26,247 nucleotides of DNA, taken from positions 1 through 26,247 of the forward strand of contig JAJFJO010000015.1 of NCBI GenBank assembly GCA_021774015.1, given 5' to 3'. The position numbers and the translations under genes were made by a program. The stretch is from Gammaproteobacteria bacterium (GTDB lineage: Bacteria; Pseudomonadota; Gammaproteobacteria; Coxiellales; Coxiellaceae). The notes beneath the pieces are model-generated. The model saw nothing but the letters and a program-made list of their open reading frames with translations, ran no database searches and was not told where the DNA came from. Below, piece after piece: positions 16,508 to 25,575 of the stretch; position 1 is the first letter of the stretch; each line of letters starts with the position of its first letter.

Positions 16508-19391
16508 CGACAATCTCTCTTCGGTAGGATTTTAGTTTTTCAGCAATTTTCTCAACCGCTTCTAAATCGGTATAACCAAACTGTTCACATAAGGCCCGGC
16601 GCTCTGCTTTCTCATTTTGCTCAGTCATAGCAAGCGCCAATGCAATTCTTGGTGGAATATTTCGAAATAATCCTTGATAGTTTTCACCTAATAACACGCC
16701 TTCGGCATAGACCTTGGGATACTTCTTCACACTGCTCAATAAATCGCGTTGTTCTTTCGTGAGCGCCCTAAATTTCGGAATAAGATCGATTTCTTTTTCA
16801 GAGAGCGCCAGACATAACCAGTTCTCCATCATGGATAAAAGCTTGCTGGTCTCTAACCCCTCTAAATCCGCAATGTTCTGTGTGGCTGGCATAAGCCAAA
16901 GTCCTAATTTTCGAGAAACTTTTGCCATCAAGGTCGCAAAAGCGGCAATCATTTGGTTTTTAAATAACAGATGCGCCTCATCCATGATAAAAATGGTTGG
17001 ACGGTTGCTGAATTGATTGGCCTCAGCAATGCCTAATACCCGAGAGAGCACGGAAATAGCCACGACATTCAATCCTGACTCTTGGCCCTTATCTTTCAAA
17101 AAGCCAAGATCAATGTGCATGTAATCAAAATCGGTCGCAGGCTTGGCAGGAGAATTAAAAAAGTTAGCTAAATCTCCCGTAATGAATTGGGTCATACTCG
17201 CAGCAAAGTCTTTAAAGCGTGCAGCGTTATCAGCATCTTCTTCTGCCGCCAACAAAAACCCTTCTATAAAGTCCTCTGTTAAGACTTGTTCTTTACCCGC
17301 TTGATAGCAACGCTTAACCGTATCGATAATAGTTTTCGTGACACGCCCCATATCAGCACGCGTGATATTCGCTTCTTCTTGCTCATCACCGCCTGTAATC
17401 ATGCAACGAATGACCAATGCCATTTCGTTCAGCACATCACGATCTTCATCAGCTTTCTTTTCTTTTTCAGTCGCTGCCTGATGTATTGTTTCAATTTCAT
17501 CGATTTGTTGACCCGCGTGTTCTGCCACGATGGTTTTATCAACGCCTGTCTCATCAACCCCAAACTTTAAGCCTGCTGATTTTTGATCTTTAAGATCGGT
17601 GACAATGCGCTCTTTTTCCAATTCAACAGCATCTAATATTTTATAGGCGTCCATAAATGGATTGGTAGGAATGGCCATGTTACGATCAAACTTTAAATAC
17701 TCGACTTTCTTGCCATGTTGTTTTAAATAACGAGTCAACACATCAAAAGACCCACCCGCTTCTAAAATTACGACACGTGCATCAATGATGGCTAATAAAC
17801 ACATAACGATATAGCTAATCGATACTGACTTGCCTGCACCACTGGTACCAAATAACACGACATGGCTGTTGTTTGACTTAAATTGTTCATGGTAAGGATC
17901 AAAAATAACCCCTTCCCCACCACGGTTGTAAAACAAAAACAAAGGATGCAGTTGATCGCCACGAAAACGCCCATAAAAAGGCAAAAGAGCCGCTAAATCT
18001 GTCGCAAACAAATATTGCGACACAAACATTTTATGTTTTTCAAACGTATAATCATAATTGCCCGGTAAAAATCGAATATAGGTGTCGATAGGATAAAGGT
18101 TAAACTTAGTCTCAATGACTCTGAGGCTCGCATTGCGCAGCAACCCTCTGAGCTTACGTTCTTTTTTCGCAAGGTCCTCTTCATTCTCACCACGAAAGAA
18201 GACGGCTTGGGAGGTGCGAATTAATAAATTACCATTGGGAATTTCATCACGCGCAAGTGCGACATCTCGTTTAACACGACCGGGTTCACCGCCCTTACCA
18301 ATCGCACTTTTTTCAATATTGTCTAAATGTTTTTCCAAGGTTTGTTTTGATTCAAATACCATTTGAATCGTATACACACTCCCCGGTGGGAAATGGTCAA
18401 TCAGTGCTGCCCGTTTACCATTAATACTACGCTCCCTTGAAATAACACCAATTTTGGGTGCGTTCTCAAGTTCAGCAAAAACTAATACCCGGTGTTCTAA
18501 TCCATCAAACAACCAGCCCTTTTCATCATCAGTCGCAACCGGCTGCGATTTAAACGCATTTTGCATAATCGACCAGCCAAAGGGTTTTTTTTCAGGATAA
18601 GGAAACAACTCTAATAGCTTATCAACATCACCGTCTGTGATTTCAGGTCTGGGATTAAACCAACGTACATGCCAATCATAAACGTGCTTACCCGTTAATG
18701 TTCGCACCTTCATCCCTTTATCTTTCAACGTATCAATCATATTTTCTGTGACTTCATCTAACTCATTAAAGGTTTCACGTCTATAATCAAAACCTTTAAT
18801 ACGACGCTTATGTCGCCTATAAAGCGCCATGCGTAATCGCCTACTTCGCCCTCGAAAAGGCAAGCCCGACATTGGATCAACAAAGATACCGTTTTCTTTA
18901 CACATCAAATCGAAATGATCGTTCATTACGTCATTTATAAAGTGCTGACTAAAAGCATCATCTTTTAATTCTGGTTTTACATAATCATGAAGTCGTTTTT
19001 TAAGCCCTTTTAGCGTCATATCATCTTGGCAATAAATGGCAACGGTCCAAGGATTGACATCTTCTAGCGGTACAATGTGAGAAAGCAGCGCAGTGAGCTT
19101 TTGATACAGCTCAATAATGGCCTCTCCAGATAAGGTTTCACAAGAAATATCTTGGATTTCTAAAAAACGGATCAGTGAGACACCGTCTTCTAAAAGCCCT
19201 ACATTTTTTTCATCATCCCAATCAACGATAGACATTTCATCCGATAAGGATCGATGTGCCTGATAACCTTTTTCTTTATCTGAATTCTTAATAGCACTTC
19301 TTGTGCTATTATATGAAGGCGCGATTTCTTCAACCGAACCAGTGGCGTTACCTGCATCTCCTTTTAATTTCTTTTTAAGACTTTTCAACAT
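16485..19391 (-). CDS. virB4: Conjugative transfer ATPase VirB4/TraC, PFL_4706 family
   Basis: Walker A GTSGAGKS, Walker B IMDEAH, KVSRKLGLWLMPATQN, RNIPPRIALALAMTEQNEKAER. Confidence 0.96.
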   Translation of the reverse strand: MLKSLKKKLKGDAGNATGSVEEIAPSYNSTRSAIKNSDKEKGYQAHRSLSDEMSIVDWDDEKNVGLLEDGVSLIRFLEIQDISCETLSGEAIIELYQKLTALLSHIVPLEDVNPWTVAIYCQDDMTLKGLKKRLHDYVKPELKDDAFSQHFINDVMNDHFDLMCKENGIFVDPMSGLPFRGRSRRLRMALYRRHKRRIKGFDYRRETFNELDEVTENMIDTLKDKGMKVRTLTGKHVYDWHVRWFNPRPEITDGDVDKLLELFPYPEKKPFGWSIMQNAFKSQPVATDDEKGWLFDGLEHRVLVFAELENAPKIGVISRERSINGKRAALIDHFPPGSVYTIQMVFESKQTLEKHLDNIEKSAIGKGGEPGRVKRDVALARDEIPNGNLLIRTSQAVFFRGENEEDLAKKERKLRGLLRNASLRVIETKFNLYPIDTYIRFLPGNYDYTFEKHKMFVSQYLFATDLAALLPFYGRFRGDQLHPLFLFYNRGGEGVIFDPYHEQFKSNNSHVVLFGTSGAGKSVSISYIVMCLLAIIDARVVILEAGGSFDVLTRYLKQHGKKVEYLKFDRNMAIPTNPFMDAYKILDAVELEKERIVTDLKDQKSAGLKFGVDETGVDKTIVAEHAGQQIDEIETIHQAATEKEKKADEDRDVLNEMALVIRCMITGGDEQEEANITRADMGRVTKTIIDTVKRCYQAGKEQVLTEDFIEGFLLAAEEDADNAARFKDFAASMTQFITGDLANFFNSPAKPATDFDYMHIDLGFLKDKGQESGLNVVAISVLSRVLGIAEANQFSNRPTIFIMDEAHLLFKNQMIAAFATLMAKVSRKLGLWLMPATQNIADLEGLETSKLLSMMENWLCLALSEKEIDLIPKFRALTKEQRDLLSSVKKYPKVYAEGVLLGENYQGLFRNIPPRIALALAMTEQNEKAERRALCEQFGYTDLEAVEKIAEKLKSYRREIVDDETFDD

Positions 19392-19566
19392 AATGATCCC
19401 TGATCGCTGCCATTAAATTGGTTTTACCAACGCGTGTTGTTCCCATTAGAAACTTCGCATCCGGTGTTATCATTCGGCCGTGATACGCAACATGTGTGAC
19501 ATCACTATCTGCATTACTAGTTTCTGTTTGCGTTGTTAACAACCTGCTTTTTCCGTTCTTTGTCAT
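19375..19566 (-). CDS. 63-aa peptide containing a TraD-type Walker A motif (GTTRVGKT)
   Basis: ATG immediately after the TIGR03751 stop with GAGG upstream; fills the gap and overlaps the virB4 start. Confidence 0.65.
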   Translation of the reverse strand: MTKNGKSRLLTTQTETSNADSDVTHVAYHGRMITPDAKFLMGTTRVGKTNLMAAIRDHYVEKS

Positions 19567-19567
19567 C

Positions 19568-20008
19568 TCAATATTCCTCACCTGGCATGGCATAATGATT
19601 TTTTTCATACAAGAAAAATGTCGTGGTATACCCCGGTACTGGCACGTTAGTACCACTGTAATGTGACATATGCGGGAAGATATAGGCCGCAATGTTTGGG
19701 TTGGGTAATACCTTAAATTCACTGTTCATTTGATTCTGTGCCACATCGGTATATTGATCATTGATCGGCATAATTGGCTTTGACACGCGACGGTAACTGG
19801 GTGGATCAACTCGATTGCTTGATGACGTCTCATTGCCAACCGCTTGCGTATTGCTGGGCACGGCTAATCCTGTCTGCACACGATAAATTTGTGCCATCGT
19901 CATATCACCGTGTGGCAACATATTTTTACCTGGTGTCGTACAACCACTTAACAGCACAATGCTAGTCAAGCTGATGAGTAGCGAACTGGTTTTGATTATT
20001 TTGTTCAT
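19568..20008 (-). CDS. Conjugative transfer lipoprotein, TIGR03751 family
   Basis: Lipobox LLSGC; F..LPNP.I..YIFPH...VPVPGYTT.F.LYEK.HYAMPGE. Confidence 0.93.
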   Translation of the reverse strand: MNKIIKTSSLLISLTSIVLLSGCTTPGKNMLPHGDMTMAQIYRVQTGLAVPSNTQAVGNETSSSNRVDPPSYRRVSKPIMPINDQYTDVAQNQMNSEFKVLPNPNIAAYIFPHMSHYSGTNVPVPGYTTTFFLYEKNHYAMPGEEY

Positions 20009-21308
20009 AGTCTATTTTTCTCCCATGACGTTTTTTATCAATTGGAATCGTTTTCGTGATATTGACGACAACATGTGTCATTTGCTGTTTAAAGGATGAA
20101 GGGATATATACTACATCAAACACGCCATTGATTCGGCTGGTATACCAATCCAATGCTTTATCCGCACCCGTTCCCACCATTTTGCCACCCATGTATTTGA
20201 AGGCATTGCCGGTCACTTGGCTAATAGATTGATACGGACTCGATGAGGTGGTGGTTTGTGTCTGTGCAAAAGCATTGGCACCACCTGCCAATCCACCCAT
20301 TGCAGCAATACTTGCTAACACTCTCGGCGCATCGGTAATGTATTTGCCAGGCAGACAAGGATTCCCATAGGGCGTTGAAATGTAGCCTAACGCATCTTGT
20401 GGGTTCAGACTGGTGCCCTTCTGATTACTCCCCACCACCGTAAAACTGCCATCGCGCCAGGTAAATAACATTTTGGTGATGTAACCGCGCGCACAGCTCA
20501 TTGCCATATTGCCAACAGAGTACCCCTCAAAGACAATACCGCTTAAATCAGGTGGTAACGTGATCCCATTGGAAGCTAGCAGCGCTTTGCGTCCTACAAT
20601 CGCCTTAAATTTAAAAGCGGGTTGCAATAACGTATTGTTCACCGGCACCTCGCCCAATATGTCACTTTGTAAAACCACATCGGCTAAGGTTGAATTCGCA
20701 GGGATAGTAAAATACGGGATATCATTTTTATGATTGCCAGGACTTATCGCGCCGTTAATTCCATTGACTTGATTTAGCCGGGCAGTTTTTAAGATAGGTC
20801 GATAACCAACAGATGTTTTGCCATCCTTATCTTCAAGCGGCAGGGACATATCATTAACAACCGTGATCATATGGTTTTTTGATGGGTGAGTGCCTTGTTT
20901 TCCATTTAACGGGTAATCACCTTTTCCTGTGTTTGATTGACCCGTGTTTTTTAAAATGCCAATACGGTTGCTTAAATCGTGCAACTTGGATTGTTGGGAT
21001 GTAATCAATGCTTGCATTTTTTGTTGCGCGGCATAGAGCTTACTGTTCCCAGTTTGCTGCATCCGATCTTTTAGATAAGCATTTTCTTGGATCACTTTTT
21101 TGTTTTGCTCGGTTAATTGATTCATTTTGGCGGTTAGGTATCGCAACTCTTCGTTATTCGTCGCATGCACCACTGCCGATGCACCCTTATTATTAGCCGT
21201 TTGTTTCTCTTGCGCTGAACTCCCAGAGTGCCCTGCAAACCAGACAACCACGAAAAAGCCTACAGCGCCTAAACCCACCCATTTTGCCAATGTCATTTTT
21301 TTTCGCAT
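19962..21308 (-). CDS. ICE protein, PFL_4705 family (VirB10/TrbI-like)
   Basis: N-terminal TM and coiled coil; PYFTIPANSTL, GYSVGNM..SCARG, GYISTPYGNPCLPG, FDVVYIP; AGGAG before ATG 21308. Confidence 0.9.
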   Translation of the reverse strand: MRKKMTLAKWVGLGAVGFFVVVWFAGHSGSSAQEKQTANNKGASAVVHATNNEELRYLTAKMNQLTEQNKKVIQENAYLKDRMQQTGNSKLYAAQQKMQALITSQQSKLHDLSNRIGILKNTGQSNTGKGDYPLNGKQGTHPSKNHMITVVNDMSLPLEDKDGKTSVGYRPILKTARLNQVNGINGAISPGNHKNDIPYFTIPANSTLADVVLQSDILGEVPVNNTLLQPAFKFKAIVGRKALLASNGITLPPDLSGIVFEGYSVGNMAMSCARGYITKMLFTWRDGSFTVVGSNQKGTSLNPQDALGYISTPYGNPCLPGKYITDAPRVLASIAAMGGLAGGANAFAQTQTTTSSSPYQSISQVTGNAFKYMGGKMVGTGADKALDWYTSRINGVFDVVYIPSSFKQQMTHVVVNITKTIPIDKKRHGRKIDYEQNNQNQFATHQLD

Positions 21309-21309
21309 G

Positions 21310-22203
21310 TTATGCTCCTGATCGAACAAATGGATTTAGGGCGCTTAAACTCTCGCCAAATGGCCTACTTGAGACGACAAATAGCAGAGTAAAATCACGC
21401 TTTGAGCCACGGGGCGTTAACGTATTAAACGGCACAACCGGTACCGTGAGTGTCTTCATCGCGTCAAATCGATAAAAGCCTGCGGCTTGCCAATGGCCGA
21501 TCAGCTTTCTAGGATCAAGTTGAATCATTTGGTCTGTTGTGTTTTTTAACTGCACTGCCGTCACATAAAGATCCCCTGCCCGCCATGAGATCAGTGGAAA
21601 CCCCTCTACGGCATCACCGTAATAAATATTGATCGCTTTGTGGGTATACATGGGTGTTCGTGAGATGTTGTTCGGCTGACTCGCAAGACGTTTTACGCCG
21701 AACTGTTGCACAGCAAATCGAAGCAAGCTCACATCATTAATGGTGACCGTTGGTTTTTGTTGATTTTTACCTGCGTTATAGGCCGATGGACTAATCGATG
21801 GGATCACGACATCAAGCGGATGATTATCTTCTACATTAGCCGATGATGATAAATAAACTAACACCACCTCACCGGATGCCATTAATTTAATTTGTAATAA
21901 AATCGGCTTGAAGACTTTGTGCGCAGTCACGTAAAGCGTGCCTGCATTGTTATAGATGGTCACTTTATCCGTTGTGAGATCAGGATTGTTATTATCGACT
22001 TGTACACGGTTTGGGAACGACAGCATCCGTTGGTGATTCAATGGCACTACAAAATTAATGGGCGTTTTCACCCAAACAATATGCTCATCATTCGATGTAG
22101 CATTGGCAACAATGCTATTTTGTGCAAACCCCATAACAGGTAATAATGCAAATAGCAGAAACAATGTGGTCGTTATTTTTTTAATCAATAGTTTTTTCAT
22201 CAT
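21310..22203 (-). CDS. ICE protein, PFL_4704 family (DUF3438)
   Basis: W...PI...VP....R.L.FP, GTLY..A, P..SWRAGDLYVTAV.L.N, LDPR.L.G. Confidence 0.9.
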   Translation of the reverse strand: MMKKLLIKKITTTLFLLFALLPVMGFAQNSIVANATSNDEHIVWVKTPINFVVPLNHQRMLSFPNRVQVDNNNPDLTTDKVTIYNNAGTLYVTAHKVFKPILLQIKLMASGEVVLVYLSSSANVEDNHPLDVVIPSISPSAYNAGKNQQKPTVTINDVSLLRFAVQQFGVKRLASQPNNISRTPMYTHKAINIYYGDAVEGFPLISWRAGDLYVTAVQLKNTTDQMIQLDPRKLIGHWQAAGFYRFDAMKTLTVPVVPFNTLTPRGSKRDFTLLFVVSSRPFGESLSALNPFVRSGA

Positions 22204-22209
22204 TAGCCC

Positions 22210-22860
22210 CTACACAAATGTCTTCAATCGTTTCTTAGAAACCAAGCCATCTAATGCCAGACCCCACGGGTTGTATTGAATACTTTCCGCCGTTCTGATG
22301 ACTCTGACTTTATATTCATACAAAGCATCCATCAGGACTGCATTGTCTTTATAACGCGTCACTCGCAAACGTAAATCAACCACCCAACTGTTATCCCCTG
22401 TGCGTTTAACCTGCGTTCCACTGACATAGCCCATGCCATTGTATGGCGCGATGGTTTGTACAGAATCGAGTAAGTTTCCTGTTTCAAAACTGTTTTCATA
22501 ATCATTATTCAAATAACTGCGATAGTTAGGTGTAATGTAGTAACGGTAATCAATGATGTTTTTCTTATAGTCTTTTTGAGCGTTATCAGACCATGTATTG
22601 ATTGCCACAAACATTTGATAAGAAAAACCATAAACGAAGGCATTGGAAACGCTATTGGTTTTGTAGTAACCGCCTTGTAAAACCTGGGCAGGCGTTAAGT
22701 AGATACGCTGATTTTTTAATTGGTCTTTGATGCCATTGACGCTACTCCAAAGCAGAAAAATAATGACACATAGAATGCCGATAAAGGCCCAGAGCATTTT
22801 TGCTTTTTGTTTTTGGAAATCCATGATTTTCCAAGTATCAAAATGTTTTTTTATCATCAT
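22210..22860 (-). CDS. ICE protein, PFL_4703 family (DUF2895)
   Basis: N-terminal TM; VY.F.YQ.F..INTW..N..KDY..NI..YRYY.TP; NPWGLALDG. Confidence 0.9.
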   Translation of the reverse strand: MMIKKHFDTWKIMDFQKQKAKMLWAFIGILCVIIFLLWSSVNGIKDQLKNQRIYLTPAQVLQGGYYKTNSVSNAFVYGFSYQMFVAINTWSDNAQKDYKKNIIDYRYYITPNYRSYLNNDYENSFETGNLLDSVQTIAPYNGMGYVSGTQVKRTGDNSWVVDLRLRVTRYKDNAVLMDALYEYKVRVIRTAESIQYNPWGLALDGLVSKKRLKTFV

Positions 22861-23210
22861 CGATCCTCATCAACACGAAAGGTTCGTCTTGTTTCCCAGA
22901 CCCCTGTTCGACATATTCTGCTAGATGCACCCAGTCCAAAACGTTTGGAAATATCAAGCAATATAAAATTATAGGGTTTGCCTTTTTTATATTTGGCAAA
23001 GCGTTTAGCCGTTAACAAAACACTGTGGTAAACAACGCAGCCCATGACTAATAGCACCAATGGGAAATGCCCAACAAAAAAGGACAAGATCAAGGCCAGC
23101 AGAAATAAGCTCACTACAACCAATACGGTCAATAAAATAAGCTCTTTAAACGTGCACTCCTGCCACATGGGATAAGGATGCGTTAAAAATCGGCTGCGTG
23201 GTCGTCTCAT
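22857..23210 (-). CDS. Conjugative transfer membrane protein, TIGR03750 family (DUF3487)
   Basis: Two TM segments, K.GKP.N motif, GVW..RR; synteny. Confidence 0.8.
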   Translation of the reverse strand: MRRPRSRFLTHPYPMWQECTFKELILLTVLVVVSLFLLALILSFFVGHFPLVLLVMGCVVYHSVLLTAKRFAKYKKGKPYNFILLDISKRFGLGASSRICRTGVWETRRTFRVDEDR

Positions 23211-23223
23211 TTGTGGTGCCTCT

Positions 23224-23655
23224 TTACTGGTTGGTTGCCCATTGTTTTAGGATGTATTGCCCCAAGAAGAAAAGCACTAAACCGATAACCACCAGTATTG
23301 CGCCTGTCACTAAGGCCATTTTAAATTTCCCAAAATCATCGGTTTCTTGGTATTTCTTATAGCCGCGATAGATATCAAAAACAGCTAACACAATGAAAAA
23401 CAACGCGCCGCCATACACCAATATGGGGCCTGCTTGTTTTTGGATAATATTTTTTAGAATATCCAAAAAGTCTTTTCCGCCTTGCGTTGGATCATCCCCG
23501 GCATCCGGCGTAGGAATAGCACCATCGGCCATCGCTTGATCGCTGATAAATATCATCGTAAACACCATCAGTGCCCTGACAATGGCAGGATGGCAATAAA
23601 CCCATGTTTTGGCTTTAGCCGACATGCTTTTTACTTTGCTAAGTAAGGTCTTCAT
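23224..23655 (-). CDS. PFL_4702-family membrane protein, probable pilin
   Basis: Leader, then A.PTP, two TM segments separated by a basic loop; synteny. Confidence 0.78.
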   Translation of the reverse strand: MKTLLSKVKSMSAKAKTWVYCHPAIVRALMVFTMIFISDQAMADGAIPTPDAGDDPTQGGKDFLDILKNIIQKQAGPILVYGGALFFIVLAVFDIYRGYKKYQETDDFGKFKMALVTGAILVVIGLVLFFLGQYILKQWATNQ

Positions 23656-23667
23656 TTCAATCTCCCG

Positions 23668-23892
23668 TTAATAAACAATTACCCAAATCGCTACCAATAA
23701 AATCAGCACCAATACCAGCTTGACCAGCCAGCTATTGGGTTCTTCTGACTCATTCATTTGTGTCAACATTCCTTTAATAATGAATGTGCCCCAAACCACT
23801 GACAGCAGAAAAATTAAGGTTCGAATAAATATCGACAAGCTTTCTCCTGAAAACCCGGCGGCAATTTGGAACCATTGACTTAATTGATCCAC
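23668..23892 (-). CDS. ICE protein, PFL_4701 family (DUF3262)
   Basis: FQIAAGFSGESL...VWG, two TM segments; synteny. Confidence 0.8.
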   Translation of the reverse strand: MDQLSQWFQIAAGFSGESLSIFIRTLIFLLSVVWGTFIIKGMLTQMNESEEPNSWLVKLVLVLILLVAIWVIVY

Positions 23893-23903
23893 TAATATCT
23901 CCC

Positions 23904-24326
23904 CTACCGCCCAACATAGTCACCATTCATCGGTGCGATCTGTTTGGGTGTTAAATTCGATTGATTAATCTGGTTGACCAAGCCTGCTCTAATCTCAAGC
24001 AGGTTTTCTTTAAGGCCAGCGTGTTTATCCCCGTTAGCATCTGTCCACTCGTTAAAATGAAACTGTACACGTGCTGTTTTGTCTTGTTCTTTGGAAGCTT
24101 GTGCGATCAACGGGAATAGTGCATCAATTTGATTGATCATGCGCACCATCGTTTGATTCATTTGTGCTGTACTTGCTTGTGCCTGAACAGCAAACATGAG
24201 CGGTAATGAGATCAGCAGACCAAATATCGTTAATTTTGCAGATTTCGGAGCGATTCTTCTTATCAATCCAGTTATAAAGTGCCGCGCCTTTTTTGTTTTT
24301 TCGTAGTTAATCATCATTTCACTCAC
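23904..24326 (-). CDS. RAQPRD-family ICE protein
   Basis: RVQFHF...LKENLLEIRAGL...P..IAPMNGDY; synteny. Confidence 0.85.
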   Translation of the reverse strand: MSEMMINYEKTKKARHFITGLIRRIAPKSAKLTIFGLLISLPLMFAVQAQASTAQMNQTMVRMINQIDALFPLIAQASKEQDKTARVQFHFNEWTDANGDKHAGLKENLLEIRAGLVNQINQSNLTPKQIAPMNGDYVGR

Positions 24327-25054
24327 ACATATTTTTTAAATTTAGACACGGTTCTTGAGGCCAATAACAACGTCATCAAGCTCACACCGATAAAAAACAC
24401 CACGGGATTAATCCAAAGCGGCACTACCAAATAAATAGTAATTAATAGCCACAAAACCCCTGGCACAAATCCCAAAAAGCGATGAAAAATAAAGCTCGAT
24501 TCACGTCCAAGCTCTGCGGTTCTTACCTCTCGCAGCGCGAAGCCATCTACAACACCAAAAATCCAACTCAGCCCTAAAAGCGGCAGCGCCAACACAAACA
24601 ACAAAAGCTTCCCTAACACCATGAGCGAGTTGTTTTTTGCAATAGCACCGGTTTTTATCACCTCTTGTTTTATAGTGTTCCAAAGCTGGCCCGCCTTGTG
24701 TTCGGCAGGTGCCAAATAACCATTCTCCTTTCCACCAACAGCACCTTTGAGCTGAAGGCTCGCTGTATTCATCACATTTGAATGCGCAATGTCTTTGGCT
24801 GCATGAGCGATGAGTGCACTTGTGGACATCACAAAAGCAAAAACTCTTGTATCAGAATATGTTTGCTCAATGTGTTGTTCTGCTTGCATCATATTAATTA
24901 ACCTATTATTCGCCGTTTCAAATCCACTCACATTCCAATAAAAAACACTAAAACAAAAACTCAAAACCCATCCCCAAAAAACACCTTTTACCAATGCACC
25001 TATTATTCGATGGCGACTAAATCGTTTTTTATTAATCGCCGCACTTTCTTTCAT
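24323..25054 (-). CDS. ICE membrane protein, PFL_4697 family (DUF4400)
   Basis: GVVDGFALREVRTAELGRESSFIFH motif. Confidence 0.9.
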   Translation of the reverse strand: MKESAAINKKRFSRHRIIGALVKGVFWGWVLSFCFSVFYWNVSGFETANNRLINMMQAEQHIEQTYSDTRVFAFVMSTSALIAHAAKDIAHSNVMNTASLQLKGAVGGKENGYLAPAEHKAGQLWNTIKQEVIKTGAIAKNNSLMVLGKLLLFVLALPLLGLSWIFGVVDGFALREVRTAELGRESSFIFHRFLGFVPGVLWLLITIYLVVPLWINPVVFFIGVSLMTLLLASRTVSKFKKYV

Positions 25055-25572
25055 TGCTCCACATCACCCTTTGTCCACAAAAAAGGGTAATGTGAGACTT
25101 GCAAATACTGACTTAGCCCGCTCAGCTGAGCAGGCAATAAGGTTAAGCCGGTTTCATGTTCTATTTGCTCAACGCGCACTTGATTTTTAACATTGGTAAT
25201 AATCCCAATAGCGCCTACTTTCTTAAGCTCGGGAGCATTGGTTCTTGCCCAGCTTAATGACAGTGGATCATCACCCATGACAAAAATAGATTTTGTTAAG
25301 ACTTTTGTTTTGATCGGATGTGAGTTTATTTTCCCAGGCGTTAATCGACTTGTTACTGGGTACATTAATTTTTGTATAGGAATCGTTTTTCTTTGGTAAA
25401 ATGACTTATTCATTTGCAAGAGTGCTAACGAATCGCCTTTTTTTGGATAATGGATATCACTTAAATACGGTGCTGCTTCAACAGTTTCTCCGTCCGTATT
25501 TACTACGACTAACTGTGCGTTACTCGTAGCACTTACCAATAAACCGATTGTGATCAATATCCACTGTTTCAT
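25051..25572 (-). CDS. ICE protein, PFL_4695 family (DUF2859)
   Basis: LTPGK...IFVMGDDPLSLSW......L...GAIG...NV...HYPFL. Confidence 0.9.
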   Translation of the reverse strand: MKQWILITIGLLVSATSNAQLVVVNTDGETVEAAPYLSDIHYPKKGDSLALLQMNKSFYQRKTIPIQKLMYPVTSRLTPGKINSHPIKTKVLTKSIFVMGDDPLSLSWARTNAPELKKVGAIGIITNVKNQVRVEQIEHETGLTLLPAQLSGLSQYLQVSHYPFLWTKGDVEQ

Positions 25573-25575
25573 CGC

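Noticed and set aside
19567-19722. Upstream extension of the 19375..19722 ORF
   Set aside because: It overlaps the well-supported TIGR03751 lipoprotein in another frame; the ATG at 19566 is the plausible start.
5153-25399. Numerous + strand and alternate-frame ORFs inside tra, topB and virB4 (e.g. 5153..5644, 8522..8836, 16714..17016)
   Set aside because: Shadow frames of well-supported genes, with no RBS or motifs.
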